Shown piece after piece: positions 9,436 to 18,461 of a stretch of 64,000 bases of DNA. The stretch comes from Longimicrobiales bacterium (GTDB taxonomy: Bacteria > Gemmatimonadota > Gemmatimonadetes > Longimicrobiales > Gaopeijiaceae): positions 416,001 to 480,000 of the forward strand of contig CAXXKM010000002.1 in assembly GCA_963664435.2 (NCBI GenBank), given 5' to 3'. The notes beneath the pieces were generated by a model. It was not told the origin of the DNA and made no database searches. It was given only the letters and a program-made list of their open reading frames with translations. Made by a program: the position numbers and the translations under genes. Every line of letters starts with the position of its first letter. Within the stretch, counting starts at the first letter, position 1.

Positions 9436-10599
9436 ATGATGGCACACACGAAACGAAGAAGTCGGCGCGGTTACAGCGCTGGCGAGTGGGGCCGGAACCG
9501 GGTCCGGGTGTTTCCGGATCCAAAGACCGGCCTCCTCCAGATCGAGTGGCGAGAGAACGGGCGCAGGCTCACCCGATCCCTCAAGCACCGCGACTGGGCA
9601 AGGGCCAAGCGGCAGGCGGACGAGTTCGCCGCCGGCGTCGCGATGCACGAGCCCGGCGGCAAGGCGGAGGCCGAGCCCGAGCCGCTCACCTTGGAGAAGC
9701 TCTTTGAAATCTACGGTGAGGAGGTGACGCCGACCAAGAGTCGGCGCTCCCGGAGCTACGACGGGACCGCGATGGAGATGTTCCTGGGATTCCTCGGGAA
9801 GGACCGGAGGCCCGGAACGCTTTCGCGGCGCGACTGGGACCGGTTCATCCGGGCGAGACGGAGAGGCGGGATCGGGCCGAGCGGAAAGCCCGTGTCCGAC
9901 CGGACGGTCGAACGGGACCTGAGGTTCCTGCTCGCGATCCTCAACTGGGCCGCCAAGTCGAGGGACCGTGAGGGACGGCTCCTGCTCCGGTCCAACCCGC
10001 TGAAGGGCCTCAGGGTCCCGAGGGAGAAGAACCCGAACCGGGTGCTGCTCACGCAGGCGGAGTACGAGGCCCTGATGGAGGTGGCGGAGGAGATGGACTG
10101 GCGCTTCCGCGTCGCGCTGGTCCTCGCGCACGAGACGGGTCACCGGATCGGCGCGATCCGCAAGCTCACGTGGTCTGACATTGACGTGAGTGCTGGCTTC
10201 ATTCGGTGGCGGGCCGAGCATGACAAGACCGGCAACGAGCACCGGACGCCGGTAACGGTTGAAGCGCTCTCGGTCTTGGATGAGGCCCGTGGACACAACC
10301 CCGGAATCGGGGACGTTCCGCTGCTGCCAGCGCCGAACGATCCATCGCGTTGCGTCCACCGCTGGCAGGTCAGCCGCTGGTGGGACAGGGCGGAACGGCT
10401 TGCCGCGCTGGAGCCGAAGCGGGGGCGCGGCTGGCACTCGCTGAGGCGGAAGTTTGCCAGCGACCTGATGGATCAGCCGCTCAAGGTGCTCTGCGAGCTG
10501 GGCGGCTGGACGACGGCCCAGACGGTGCTGCAATGCTACCAGCGGCCCGACGAGGGCAAGCTCAGGAAGGCCCTTGCGGGACGGAGGGCTTGCTCCTGA
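9436..10599 (+). CDS. Tyrosine recombinase/integrase (copy 2, intact)
   Basis: ETGHR, HDKTG, HSLRR, LGGW and CYQ catalytic motifs; AAGGA RBS. Confidence 0.92.
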   Translation: MMAHTKRRSRRGYSAGEWGRNRVRVFPDPKTGLLQIEWRENGRRLTRSLKHRDWARAKRQADEFAAGVAMHEPGGKAEAEPEPLTLEKLFEIYGEEVTPTKSRRSRSYDGTAMEMFLGFLGKDRRPGTLSRRDWDRFIRARRRGGIGPSGKPVSDRTVERDLRFLLAILNWAAKSRDREGRLLLRSNPLKGLRVPREKNPNRVLLTQAEYEALMEVAEEMDWRFRVALVLAHETGHRIGAIRKLTWSDIDVSAGFIRWRAEHDKTGNEHRTPVTVEALSVLDEARGHNPGIGDVPLLPAPNDPSRCVHRWQVSRWWDRAERLAALEPKRGRGWHSLRRKFASDLMDQPLKVLCELGGWTTAQTVLQCYQRPDEGKLRKALAGRRACS

Positions 10600-10607
10600 C
10601 GCACTCA

Positions 10608-10704
10608 GCGGGAGTCAATCGGCGGGAGTTTTGGCCCGCATTCGCGTAAGTTCAACGAGGGCTTCGCAACCCGAAACCAAGGCAGTCTGCCAAAATGGCA
10701 GAGT
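10608..10704 (+). other. att-like end of integrase copy 2 element
   Basis: GCGGGAGT twice, 14 bp apart; CGTAAGTTCAACG; palindrome TCTGCCA-AAA-TGGCAGA. Confidence 0.65.
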
Positions 10705-10729
10705 TACGATGGTGATTCTCAACGGCCAT

Positions 10730-11115
10730 GACGCGTTGAACGGCGGGTGCGGGCAGAAGCGGATGATCAGGTGGCCCCAGTCGCGGTCCATGATGTGGAA
10801 GGCGTAATGGTTCACCCACGGCCTCGGCACCCTGCGCTTGATCCGCCGGATCCGCCCGTCGGCCGTGTGTTCGACATCCCAGACGTTGCCCGGCGCCCGG
10901 CGCACGATGACCACGAACACGCCCTCATAGCTGGGGTCGTCGGGCAGGTAGCCCCTCCTCGTTCCGTTCTCCACTCTTGCTGTACACGACCGGTACGCCG
11001 GCACCCTTCGCCCAGCCCTTCACCCTGCGGGCAAAGCGCCCCGCCACCCGCATGAGCCGCGTGTTGTTCAGCCCCTCGTCCGATCCGTGCCAGCGCCGCC
11101 ACCACATCCGCAACC
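10730..11115 (-). pseudogene. Frameshifted fragment of a probable mobile-element protein
   Basis: Segments WWRRWHGSDEGLNNTRLMRVAGRFARRVK and VNHYAFHIMDRDWGHLIIRFCPHPPF in two frames; family recognised from memory only. Confidence 0.45.
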
Positions 11116-12303
11116 CCGCCGCTCGCTGACCGAGCTGGAAGTATTGAGTGTCCGGGCGATGCGGAACCCGATGCCGCTGAGCCGGTTCCCGGCGTGGGGC
11201 CTAGCGCGGAACGCCGAGCGGAGGTGGTCCGGAGAGCCGTTCCGGGAGCCGCCGCGCAACACACGTAGGGAACAGTCGCCCGACCGCCAGGCGCTCCCGT
11301 CCAGCGGTGCGCCCGCATAGCTGTCGTTCCAGCAATCCGCAGTCCATTCCCACACGTTCCCCAACACGTCATACAGCCCAAACGCGTTCGGCTGAAACGC
11401 CCCCACCGGAGATGTCACCTCGTAGCCATCCGAACAGGGAGCGGACTCGTTGCTTCCATTTGCGTACCGGCACTGCCCCGACTCGCTCTCCCCCCAGTAT
11501 CGCGCTGTCTCCGTCCCCGCCCGCGCCACGTACTCCCACTCCGCTTCGCTCAGCAGACGGTACCCCTGACCCGCCTCCCTCGACAGCCACTCCACGTACG
11601 CCTGCGCGTCCTCCCAACTCACGTTCACCACCGGCCGGTTCCCCCGGCCCCAGCCCTCGTCGTCCGGCTCATGGCCCCCGCACCCGCCACCCCTCACGCA
11701 CGCATCCCACTCCGCAAACGTCACCTCGTACGCTCCTACCGCAAACGGAGATCTGATCGTCACCAGGTGCTGCGGGCCCTCATCTGTCCCAGACTCGGAC
11801 TCCGGTGACCCCATCGTGAAGCTCCCCGAGGGGATTTCGACCATGATCGGGCAAGCCGTGCAGTCCCGAAACACTCGGCCCGGAGCTGCCGACTCCGCCG
11901 CCTGAGCCAGGAGTGGTTCCGTCTGATTGAGCAGCTCAAGCGCCTCCACGTAGTGCTCCCCTTCCCGTCCCGCCACCTCCAGGTAGCGCATGGCAGACGC
12001 TCTGGAATCCTCGGCGAATCCCGCCTCCATGGCGACGCGCGCATGACTGAACCAGAAGGGTGCCGGCAACTCCAGACCGTGCTGGGTCTGCAGGTCGATG
12101 ATGCGGTCCAAAGTCGCCAGCGCTACGATGAAGTCCTCTTCCTGCATCTGCTGCTCGGCCTGCAGCAGGAGACGGTCCGCCTCGATGGCAGGAGGCAGTT
12201 CCTGAGCAGCCAGTTGCAGCGGGCCCGCCCCCGCGGCAACGAACAGGAATCCGAGCAGCGGAATGCGGGTGGAGAGTCGCAGAGATCCAGGGAAGTAGCT
12301 CAT
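11068..12303 (-). CDS. Formylglycine-generating-enzyme (SUMF1) domain protein, secreted
   Basis: FRDC..CP.MV.IP.GSF.MGS, RLLSEAEWEY, NAFGLYDVLGNVWEW, RVLRGGS, GFRIARTL. Confidence 0.9.
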   Translation of the reverse strand: MSYFPGSLRLSTRIPLLGFLFVAAGAGPLQLAAQELPPAIEADRLLLQAEQQMQEEDFIVALATLDRIIDLQTQHGLELPAPFWFSHARVAMEAGFAEDSRASAMRYLEVAGREGEHYVEALELLNQTEPLLAQAAESAAPGRVFRDCTACPIMVEIPSGSFTMGSPESESGTDEGPQHLVTIRSPFAVGAYEVTFAEWDACVRGGGCGGHEPDDEGWGRGNRPVVNVSWEDAQAYVEWLSREAGQGYRLLSEAEWEYVARAGTETARYWGESESGQCRYANGSNESAPCSDGYEVTSPVGAFQPNAFGLYDVLGNVWEWTADCWNDSYAGAPLDGSAWRSGDCSLRVLRGGSRNGSPDHLRSAFRARPHAGNRLSGIGFRIARTLNTSSSVSERRGCGCGGGAGTDRTRG

Positions 12304-12499
12304 GATTCTCGTCTCTGAAGTGGAAGGGCCGCGGCCCATCGGTGGTGCCCGTCGTTCTGCCGACCGCGATTCGGCGCGCCTGTGCTCATCGGGTCGTCTC
12401 TACGTCCCGTCCGGCCGACGCTGGCGCGGACGCGGAGTCCCCAAGGCCGGGATCCCTCGGAAGCGCACCCGCAAAACCTCAGCCAGGAAGGAGGTGAAG

Positions 12500-12615
12500 A
12501 AAGCAGCGTAGGACCTGACCTCGGTGAGGCCGATCGCGAGCGTGCTGATGCCTGCGGCGCTCCACGCCAGCTTCTTCTTCCGTTTCTCGGGGCGGGTATC
12601 GCGAATGATGTCCAA
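12500..12615 (-). pseudogene. N-terminal fragment of an efflux/ABC periplasmic adaptor-like gene
   Basis: MDIIRDTRPEKRKKKLAWSAAG resembles HlyD-family N-termini, then degenerates. Confidence 0.35.
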
Positions 12616-12913
12616 AATCCGGGTCCTCGATGTCTCATCACCTGTCAGCCCACGACCACCGTGGGCTTTCCCATCGCGCTTGTCTGCCAGCTTAGGGGAA
12701 AGGTTCGTGCCAAAGACACGTTTGACATACGTATTCCACCGTATTGCAATGAGTTAATAGCACTACCGGCGAATGAGCGCCCACGATGGCCATCGGTCGA
12801 TAATGGGACCACATGTGCCGATTACGAACAGGCGGGCGATGGTTCGCGCGACCCAGCTTCGGCCTAGTGCTACGCGTTTCCTGGGACTTCGCCCAGGAAA
12901 CGGGGCGCCTTCG

Positions 12914-13024
12914 GCAGGCGGAATACGAAGCCTTGCTGGAGGTGTCGGCGGTGCCCGCATTCACGTAATGCTCAACGAGGGCTTCACAACCCGCAACTAA
13001 GACAGTCTGCCAAGATGGCAGACT
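12914..13024 (+). repeat. 33-bp integrase remnant fused to a second copy of the att-like end
   Basis: 12914-12946 matches 1954-1986 at 31/33. 12953-13022 resembles 10634-10702. Perfect palindrome AGTCTGCCA-AGA-TGGCAGACT. Confidence 0.8.
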
Positions 13025-13084
13025 CGAAGGCTCGCGCGGCGGTAGGGAGGTGTGGTGTTGGACTCTCGCGCCTGAGTGCCCCGT

Positions 13085-13756
13085 TTACCGCCGCGAAGCG
13101 CTGCAGTCGGTGAGGTTCACGCAGGTCACGTCGTAGAGTTGCCGCTGCCCCGGCGGCAGGGCCAGCACGCTCGCGGCCGCGACCGCGTCCCGGATGTCCA
13201 CCGGCTGCCCCGGCCGGAAGGTTATGGTGGCGCGCCAGCGCTGGGCCCCGCCGTCTCCGTAGGATTCGATCCTGGCGTCCGTAACCCACGGCACCTCTGA
13301 GAAGGCCCGGTTCAGGTCCCCCAGATCGGTGGCGCCCCGCGGTCCGGTCGCAAGCGGCAGCCACACCGTCTCCAGCGAGAACGGATGATTCTCGCGCCAG
13401 CGGTTTAGGGCCGCGTTCACCTGTTCGTGGTCCCTCCCCGTGTTGAGAAGATGCTGGGCGTAGGATTGGAGCAGCAGGTCGTTGTGCTTGACGTCCGCGG
13501 CGAGCGCCTCCTCAAGATGGTCCAGGAACGTCTCCTCGTCCCCCTGCTGCAGCGCCTGAACCGCCTCCAGGAATTCCGTATCCGGGTCTCCGGGGTTGAT
13601 CGCCGACACGACCTCCGTCATGTCGCCCCACTTCTCGTTCAGGAAGTCGACGGGCTCCTGGCCGCGCGATACCAGGTACTCCCGCGCACCCACGATCACG
13701 GCGATCGTGTAGATGCCGATCAGCATGCGGTAGCGCCGGTACCAGTCCGAAATCAC
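13085..13756 (-). CDS. Membrane-anchored hypothetical protein
   Basis: 223-aa ORF with N-terminal TM, strong GC3 bias. Confidence 0.7.
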   Translation of the reverse strand: MISDWYRRYRMLIGIYTIAVIVGAREYLVSRGQEPVDFLNEKWGDMTEVVSAINPGDPDTEFLEAVQALQQGDEETFLDHLEEALAADVKHNDLLLQSYAQHLLNTGRDHEQVNAALNRWRENHPFSLETVWLPLATGPRGATDLGDLNRAFSEVPWVTDARIESYGDGGAQRWRATITFRPGQPVDIRDAVAAASVLALPPGQRQLYDVTCVNLTDCSASRR

Positions 13757-13831
13757 GTCCGCGTGTCCTCCATCACACCTTGTGGCCCCATCACGTCGGT
13801 CCTCGAGCGCCGCAGGATTCCCCGCCGGCCG

Positions 13832-14914
13832 CTAGAGCCCCCGCTGGGTCTGCTTGTCGCGCACCTTCCAGATGAACGAGTCCAGGTAGTAATGCATCAG
13901 CCCGTACGCGTAGACCATCATCTGCGAGAAGAGCGCGTATCCGCTGGAGTAGTCGAGGGCCGGAATCCCGAACTCGGGCAGAGCGGGATAGGGCGCGAAG
14001 TTCACCACCCCGAAGCCGAATTCGTCCAGGGGGCGGTTGATGACGAGCTGGAAAAGGACGGCGTAGGCCGCGCCGCCCACCAGGAACCAGCGCAGCCGGC
14101 CCGGCCCCGTGACCCTCGACCAGAAACCCGGCCTGGAACTCCTCTTGCTCGCCGTCCGGCGCATGTAGGAATACACCATGACGATGTACTGCACGCCATG
14201 CATGAGCCGGTGCGCGACCGCGTAGAGCAGGATCGAGGTGGTCTGCCAGGCCACGAAGTACCAGAGGAAGTAGCTGGCCCCGATGAAGAGGTACTTGATG
14301 GGGTTGATCGTCCCGCCCGCGGCCACGACCTGCCGGAGATGCAGCGCGTAGACGATCAGGTACCCGATCAGCACGATCTGGCTGACCTTCAGCAACCCGT
14401 CCACGAACCCCGCCGACACCGGGACGTGCATCCGGTGCAGCTCGCGGATCCAGAGGAAGCGGAACATGGGTGCGCTCACGAACATGAAGCCGTAGAGCAC
14501 GCAGTGGAGACCCAGGTCGAAGCGGCGCGTCGAAGGGAGTCCGGCGCCCGCCTTGAAGTCGTAGATGCGCGCGAGGCCGTGCTGTTGCATGAGGCTGTGC
14601 TGATGGTCCCAGGCGGTGACCAGCAGCAGCAGGGTGATGGGCGCGAACTGCAGCCCCAGGACGGTGAAGCCGACGATCACCACCGGTCCGGCGATGAGGC
14701 GGTTCCTGAAGCGATCCCAGATGTCGGGCATGCCGTAGGAGCGCACCCATCCGGCGTAGTGGTGGGGGATCGTGATCCAGAGGTTGATCGATGCCACCGC
14801 CACATAGGGAAGCCAGGCCTGGAAGCCCAGCGCCAGCGCGACGGCGAAGAAGGGCAGGCCGAGGAACCAGACGATGTCCGCTCGGCGATTCAGGATATAG
14901 CCCGTCTTGAACAT
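13832..14914 (-). CDS. Polytopic membrane protein with His motifs
   Basis: Multiple TMs; PHH, WDHQH, HGVQY and HYYLDSFIWK motifs. Confidence 0.75.
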   Translation of the reverse strand: MFKTGYILNRRADIVWFLGLPFFAVALALGFQAWLPYVAVASINLWITIPHHYAGWVRSYGMPDIWDRFRNRLIAGPVVIVGFTVLGLQFAPITLLLLVTAWDHQHSLMQQHGLARIYDFKAGAGLPSTRRFDLGLHCVLYGFMFVSAPMFRFLWIRELHRMHVPVSAGFVDGLLKVSQIVLIGYLIVYALHLRQVVAAGGTINPIKYLFIGASYFLWYFVAWQTTSILLYAVAHRLMHGVQYIVMVYSYMRRTASKRSSRPGFWSRVTGPGRLRWFLVGGAAYAVLFQLVINRPLDEFGFGVVNFAPYPALPEFGIPALDYSSGYALFSQMMVYAYGLMHYYLDSFIWKVRDKQTQRGL

Positions 14915-15090
14915 GCCGCTGGAGATGCAGGTGATGCGTGCCGCGGGAGACCTCTTGCTCTCGCGGCTCCACAGGTGGACGGTAGGTACGGCGGCGCTTG
15001 GCGGGCAAGATCCTGCGGATGTCGCGGGACGTACCCTGTCCCCTTACTGCCATCGCCATACCCCGGCGGGAGAACCAGGGAGATCTGCTG

Positions 15091-15780
15091 ATGTGTGGTC
15101 GCTTCACCCGGAAAATGACGGCTCGGGAAGTCTACGACCTCTACGGTGTGACGGAGCCTGTGCCCTCGTCGGCGCATGAGCCCCGCTACAACGGTGCTCC
15201 GACGCAGGATTTCGCGGTGTGCCGTGCCGATGACGACGGCACCCGGCGCATCTCGGAGCTACGCTGGGGCCTCGTTCCCTCGTGGTGGAGGGACGCCGGA
15301 ATGGGGCCGCCGCTCATCAATGCGCGCGTGGAAACGGTTATCGAGAGGCGCATATTCTCCGACGCCTTCCGCGAGCGGCGCTGTCTCGTCCCGGCAAACG
15401 GCTGGTTCGAGTGGCAGGGACCGGCGCGTGCGAAGCAGCCCTGCTATCTGGCCCTCGCCGACGGATCGCCCCTGTCCTTCGCCGGCATCTGGGAGCGCTG
15501 GGAGACGCAGCGGGAAGTGATCGAGTCCTTCGCGATCCTCACGACGCGGGCTGTGGCCTCGCTCGCCGACATCCACCACCGCCAGCCCGCCATCGTGGCG
15601 CCGGAGTGGTTCTCGGAGTGGCTCGACCCCTCCACGGAAGCGCAGCGGCTTCTCGAGGAGGTGCGCAATCCCTGGCCCGGGCCCTACGAACGCCGGACCG
15701 TCAGCGCGCGCGTGAACAGTGTCCGGAACGACGACCCGGACATCCTGCGCCCGGTCGGAGAGCAGCTGCGGTTGATCTGA
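15091..15780 (+). CDS. SOS response-associated peptidase (SRAP, YedK/HMCES family)
   Basis: MCGRF start, RWGLVP, INARVET, RCLVPA.GWFEW, HHRQP. Confidence 0.93.
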   Translation: MCGRFTRKMTAREVYDLYGVTEPVPSSAHEPRYNGAPTQDFAVCRADDDGTRRISELRWGLVPSWWRDAGMGPPLINARVETVIERRIFSDAFRERRCLVPANGWFEWQGPARAKQPCYLALADGSPLSFAGIWERWETQREVIESFAILTTRAVASLADIHHRQPAIVAPEWFSEWLDPSTEAQRLLEEVRNPWPGPYERRTVSARVNSVRNDDPDILRPVGEQLRLI

Positions 15781-15911
15781 CCGGGGGGCGGGCGGGCACG
15801 GCCCGCGGTTTTGCGCCATACTTCATTTCGTCGCGTCATCGATGGGCTCAACGCGATCGATGAGCTGGCGAGCGCTCTCGAACGTCCAACCCCTGCTTCG
15901 GGAATCCTGAC

Positions 15912-17345
15912 ATGATCCTGGGACGCCGAACATTCCTTTCCCGGCTCGCCTGCGCCGGGGGGCTCGCCGTCGTGGCGCCCTCGCTGTCCGGGCTGGCCGC
16001 GCGCGGCAGCGGACGCCGGGGTGAAGGAGTTGACCCCCGTTCGTTCGTCATCGAACCCTACGGGCCGCTGGTGCGGTCCCCCGACTGCCCGGAACTCGAG
16101 ATCGCAGAAAGCCTCCGCTGCGTGCGTCTGAGTTCGGGGGGCGTGCCGTCGACGGTGCGCGACGGGTTCCTGGTCCCCAATGCGTTCGACGGGATGGCGG
16201 CGTTCCCGATGGCGAACGGCAACGTGCGCCTTATCCGCAATCACGAGATGACCGACCCGCCCGACTCGGCGCGGCCGATCGGCTCGCCCGCCTATGATGC
16301 GGCCGGGAGCGGGGGCACCACTTCGCTCGAGGTGCGGATCTCGGGCGACGGAGATGGACTGAACCTCGAACTGGTGGACGAGTTCCCATCGCTGGCGGGG
16401 ACGCGCGTGAACTGTGCCGGCGGACCCACGCCGTGGGGCAGCTGGCTGTCCTGCGAGGAAGTCACGGATGGGCGTCGCGACGGGTTCGGCAAGCCGCATG
16501 GCTACGTCTTTGAGGTACCCGTGGATGCAACCGGCCCCGTGGATCCGGTGCCGCTCACGGCCATGGGGCGCTTCGTGCACGAAGCCGTGGCGGTCGATCC
16601 GGAGACGGGCATCGTGTACGAGACCGAGGACGCGTGGTACGTCCCGCTGGTCCCCAATCGACCCGGCGCGGGGCTCTATCGCTTCATCCCGCGCGAGCCG
16701 GGCGTGCTTGCCGCGGGGGGGCGGCTTCAGATGCTGGCGATCACCGGGGAGCCCGGCTACCTGACCGCACGTGAACAGACTCAGGGCACGGTGCTGCCCG
16801 CCCATTGGGTCGATATCGACGACCCCGACCCCGAAGACGCCGGGCGCGATCCGCTCGCGGTCTTCAAGCAGGGACTTGCGAAGGGTGGAGCCCGCTTCGC
16901 CCGCCTGGAGGGCGCCTTTTCCGGGGACGGCGGCATCTATGTGGTCTCCACCAACGGCGGCGACGCGACTGCCGGACAGGTTTTTCACTACAGGCCGGTG
17001 TCCGCAGACCGGGGCGAGCTGACGCTCGTGTTCGAGTCGCCATCGCCGGAAGTGCTGGACAGCCCGGACAACATCGTGGTCAGCCCGCGCGGGGGGCTGG
17101 TCATGTGCGAGGACGGGAGCGGCGACCAGTACGTGCGCGCGCTCGACCGGGAGGGCAGGATCGTCAACCTGGCGCGCGCGCCGCTGGGCCCGGAGGGCGA
17201 AGGGGCCGGCGAGTTCGCGGGTTCGTGCTTCAGCCCGGACGGGCGCGTGCTCTTCTTCAACCAGCAGGGAGACCGACGGGCGGGGGGCACGGTCGCCAGC
17301 GCCACCTACGCCATGTGGGGTCCCTGGGGAGACGGGCCCGTATGA
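15912..17345 (+). CDS. PhoX-family alkaline phosphatase (DUF839), Tat-exported
   Basis: GRRTFL Tat motif; DGMAAF, NHE, NCAGG.TPWGSWLSCEE, GRFVHEA, PDNI. Confidence 0.9.
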   Translation: MILGRRTFLSRLACAGGLAVVAPSLSGLAARGSGRRGEGVDPRSFVIEPYGPLVRSPDCPELEIAESLRCVRLSSGGVPSTVRDGFLVPNAFDGMAAFPMANGNVRLIRNHEMTDPPDSARPIGSPAYDAAGSGGTTSLEVRISGDGDGLNLELVDEFPSLAGTRVNCAGGPTPWGSWLSCEEVTDGRRDGFGKPHGYVFEVPVDATGPVDPVPLTAMGRFVHEAVAVDPETGIVYETEDAWYVPLVPNRPGAGLYRFIPREPGVLAAGGRLQMLAITGEPGYLTAREQTQGTVLPAHWVDIDDPDPEDAGRDPLAVFKQGLAKGGARFARLEGAFSGDGGIYVVSTNGGDATAGQVFHYRPVSADRGELTLVFESPSPEVLDSPDNIVVSPRGGLVMCEDGSGDQYVRALDREGRIVNLARAPLGPEGEGAGEFAGSCFSPDGRVLFFNQQGDRRAGGTVASATYAMWGPWGDGPV

Positions 17346-18346
17346 GCGGCAAGGCGACGCGCACACCCTCCCTGAGCGGCAAGCCGGCCGTTGTCCGCCT
17401 GCCCCCGGGTCCGGGCCGGATCGCCGCCGCGGCGCTTGGCGCGTTGACCCTGCTGGCCGCGTTGGCTGGAAAGCCCGCCGAGGGGCGGGCACAGTCCGCC
17501 CAACACGGCCCGCTCGTGCTCGAGATGCCCGCCAGCACCCGCGGGCTGGCGCTGGGCGGCGCCTTCTACATGGTGGGCAACGACAGCGACGCCCTGTTCC
17601 ACAACCCGGCCCTGATCGGGGGCAACGGCGTGGTCGGCGCCGCGATGCAGCGTTTCGGGACAGCGAGCCTGCTGAGCACCGTGTCCGGCGTCGCCGATTG
17701 GTCTTCGGCCAGCGTGGCGGTGGGGGTCCGGATGCTCAGCTACGGGGCGGCGGACCGGGGTGCGGCCGTGCTGTCCCATGACGCGCAGTCGCTCTTCACC
17801 TCCGGGAGCACGGCAAGCTCGGAGGCGGCCATTTCGGTCGGTTATGCGCGGGACGTGGGGGGTGTGCGGGCCGGTATCACCGGCAAGCTGGTAGACCAGC
17901 GGCTCGGTGGCCATCACGACGCCACGGGAGCCGTCGACCTGGGAGTGACCGTCGGGGCCGGGCCCGCGCGGCTGGGCCTCGCCGTGCAGAACCTGGGACC
18001 GGGGCTCACACTGGGCGACATCGAGGTCCCGCTGCCCGTTCGCGTCACCGCTGGCGGTTCCACCCCGGCCATCCCGGTGGGACCGCTCGATCTGGGCTGG
18101 AGCGCCGCCGTCTCCCGCGAGGCGGATGGCGGGGTCCTTCCCGGGGCGGGAATGGAGGTCGCCTACTGGCCCGTTCGCGGACGGACCTTCACGGCCCGCG
18201 TCGGCGTGCGGCGCGCCCCTGAGGGCTTCGGTCACCCGGTCACCTTTGGCGGGGCGTTCAACGGCGACCGGCTCGCCATAGACTACGCGTGGCAGCGCTA
18301 CGACGGCGGCGAGGCAGCGCACCGCTTCGGGTTGAGCTGGCGGTAG
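17342..18346 (+). CDS. PorV/PorQ-like outer-membrane beta-barrel
   Basis: STRGLALGGA...ALFHNPA; C-terminal HRFGLSWR. Confidence 0.75.
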   Translation: MSGKATRTPSLSGKPAVVRLPPGPGRIAAAALGALTLLAALAGKPAEGRAQSAQHGPLVLEMPASTRGLALGGAFYMVGNDSDALFHNPALIGGNGVVGAAMQRFGTASLLSTVSGVADWSSASVAVGVRMLSYGAADRGAAVLSHDAQSLFTSGSTASSEAAISVGYARDVGGVRAGITGKLVDQRLGGHHDATGAVDLGVTVGAGPARLGLAVQNLGPGLTLGDIEVPLPVRVTAGGSTPAIPVGPLDLGWSAAVSREADGGVLPGAGMEVAYWPVRGRTFTARVGVRRAPEGFGHPVTFGGAFNGDRLAIDYAWQRYDGGEAAHRFGLSWR

Positions 18347-18461
18347 GCCGAAGGGGCGGGCAGGTCGGACGGGTGGGAGCGCGGGATTCTACATTGCTGT
18401 CCACTGCCTCCGTGGGACGGCGGCCCCGACCGGCTCCGCTTACGGAGGCTCCGGCAGGGCC

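Noticed and set aside
2300..13024. Integron/attC cassette array
   Set aside because: Integrases show no IntI features, the repeats lack clean RYYYAAC/GTTRRRY boxes, and genes are in mixed orientation
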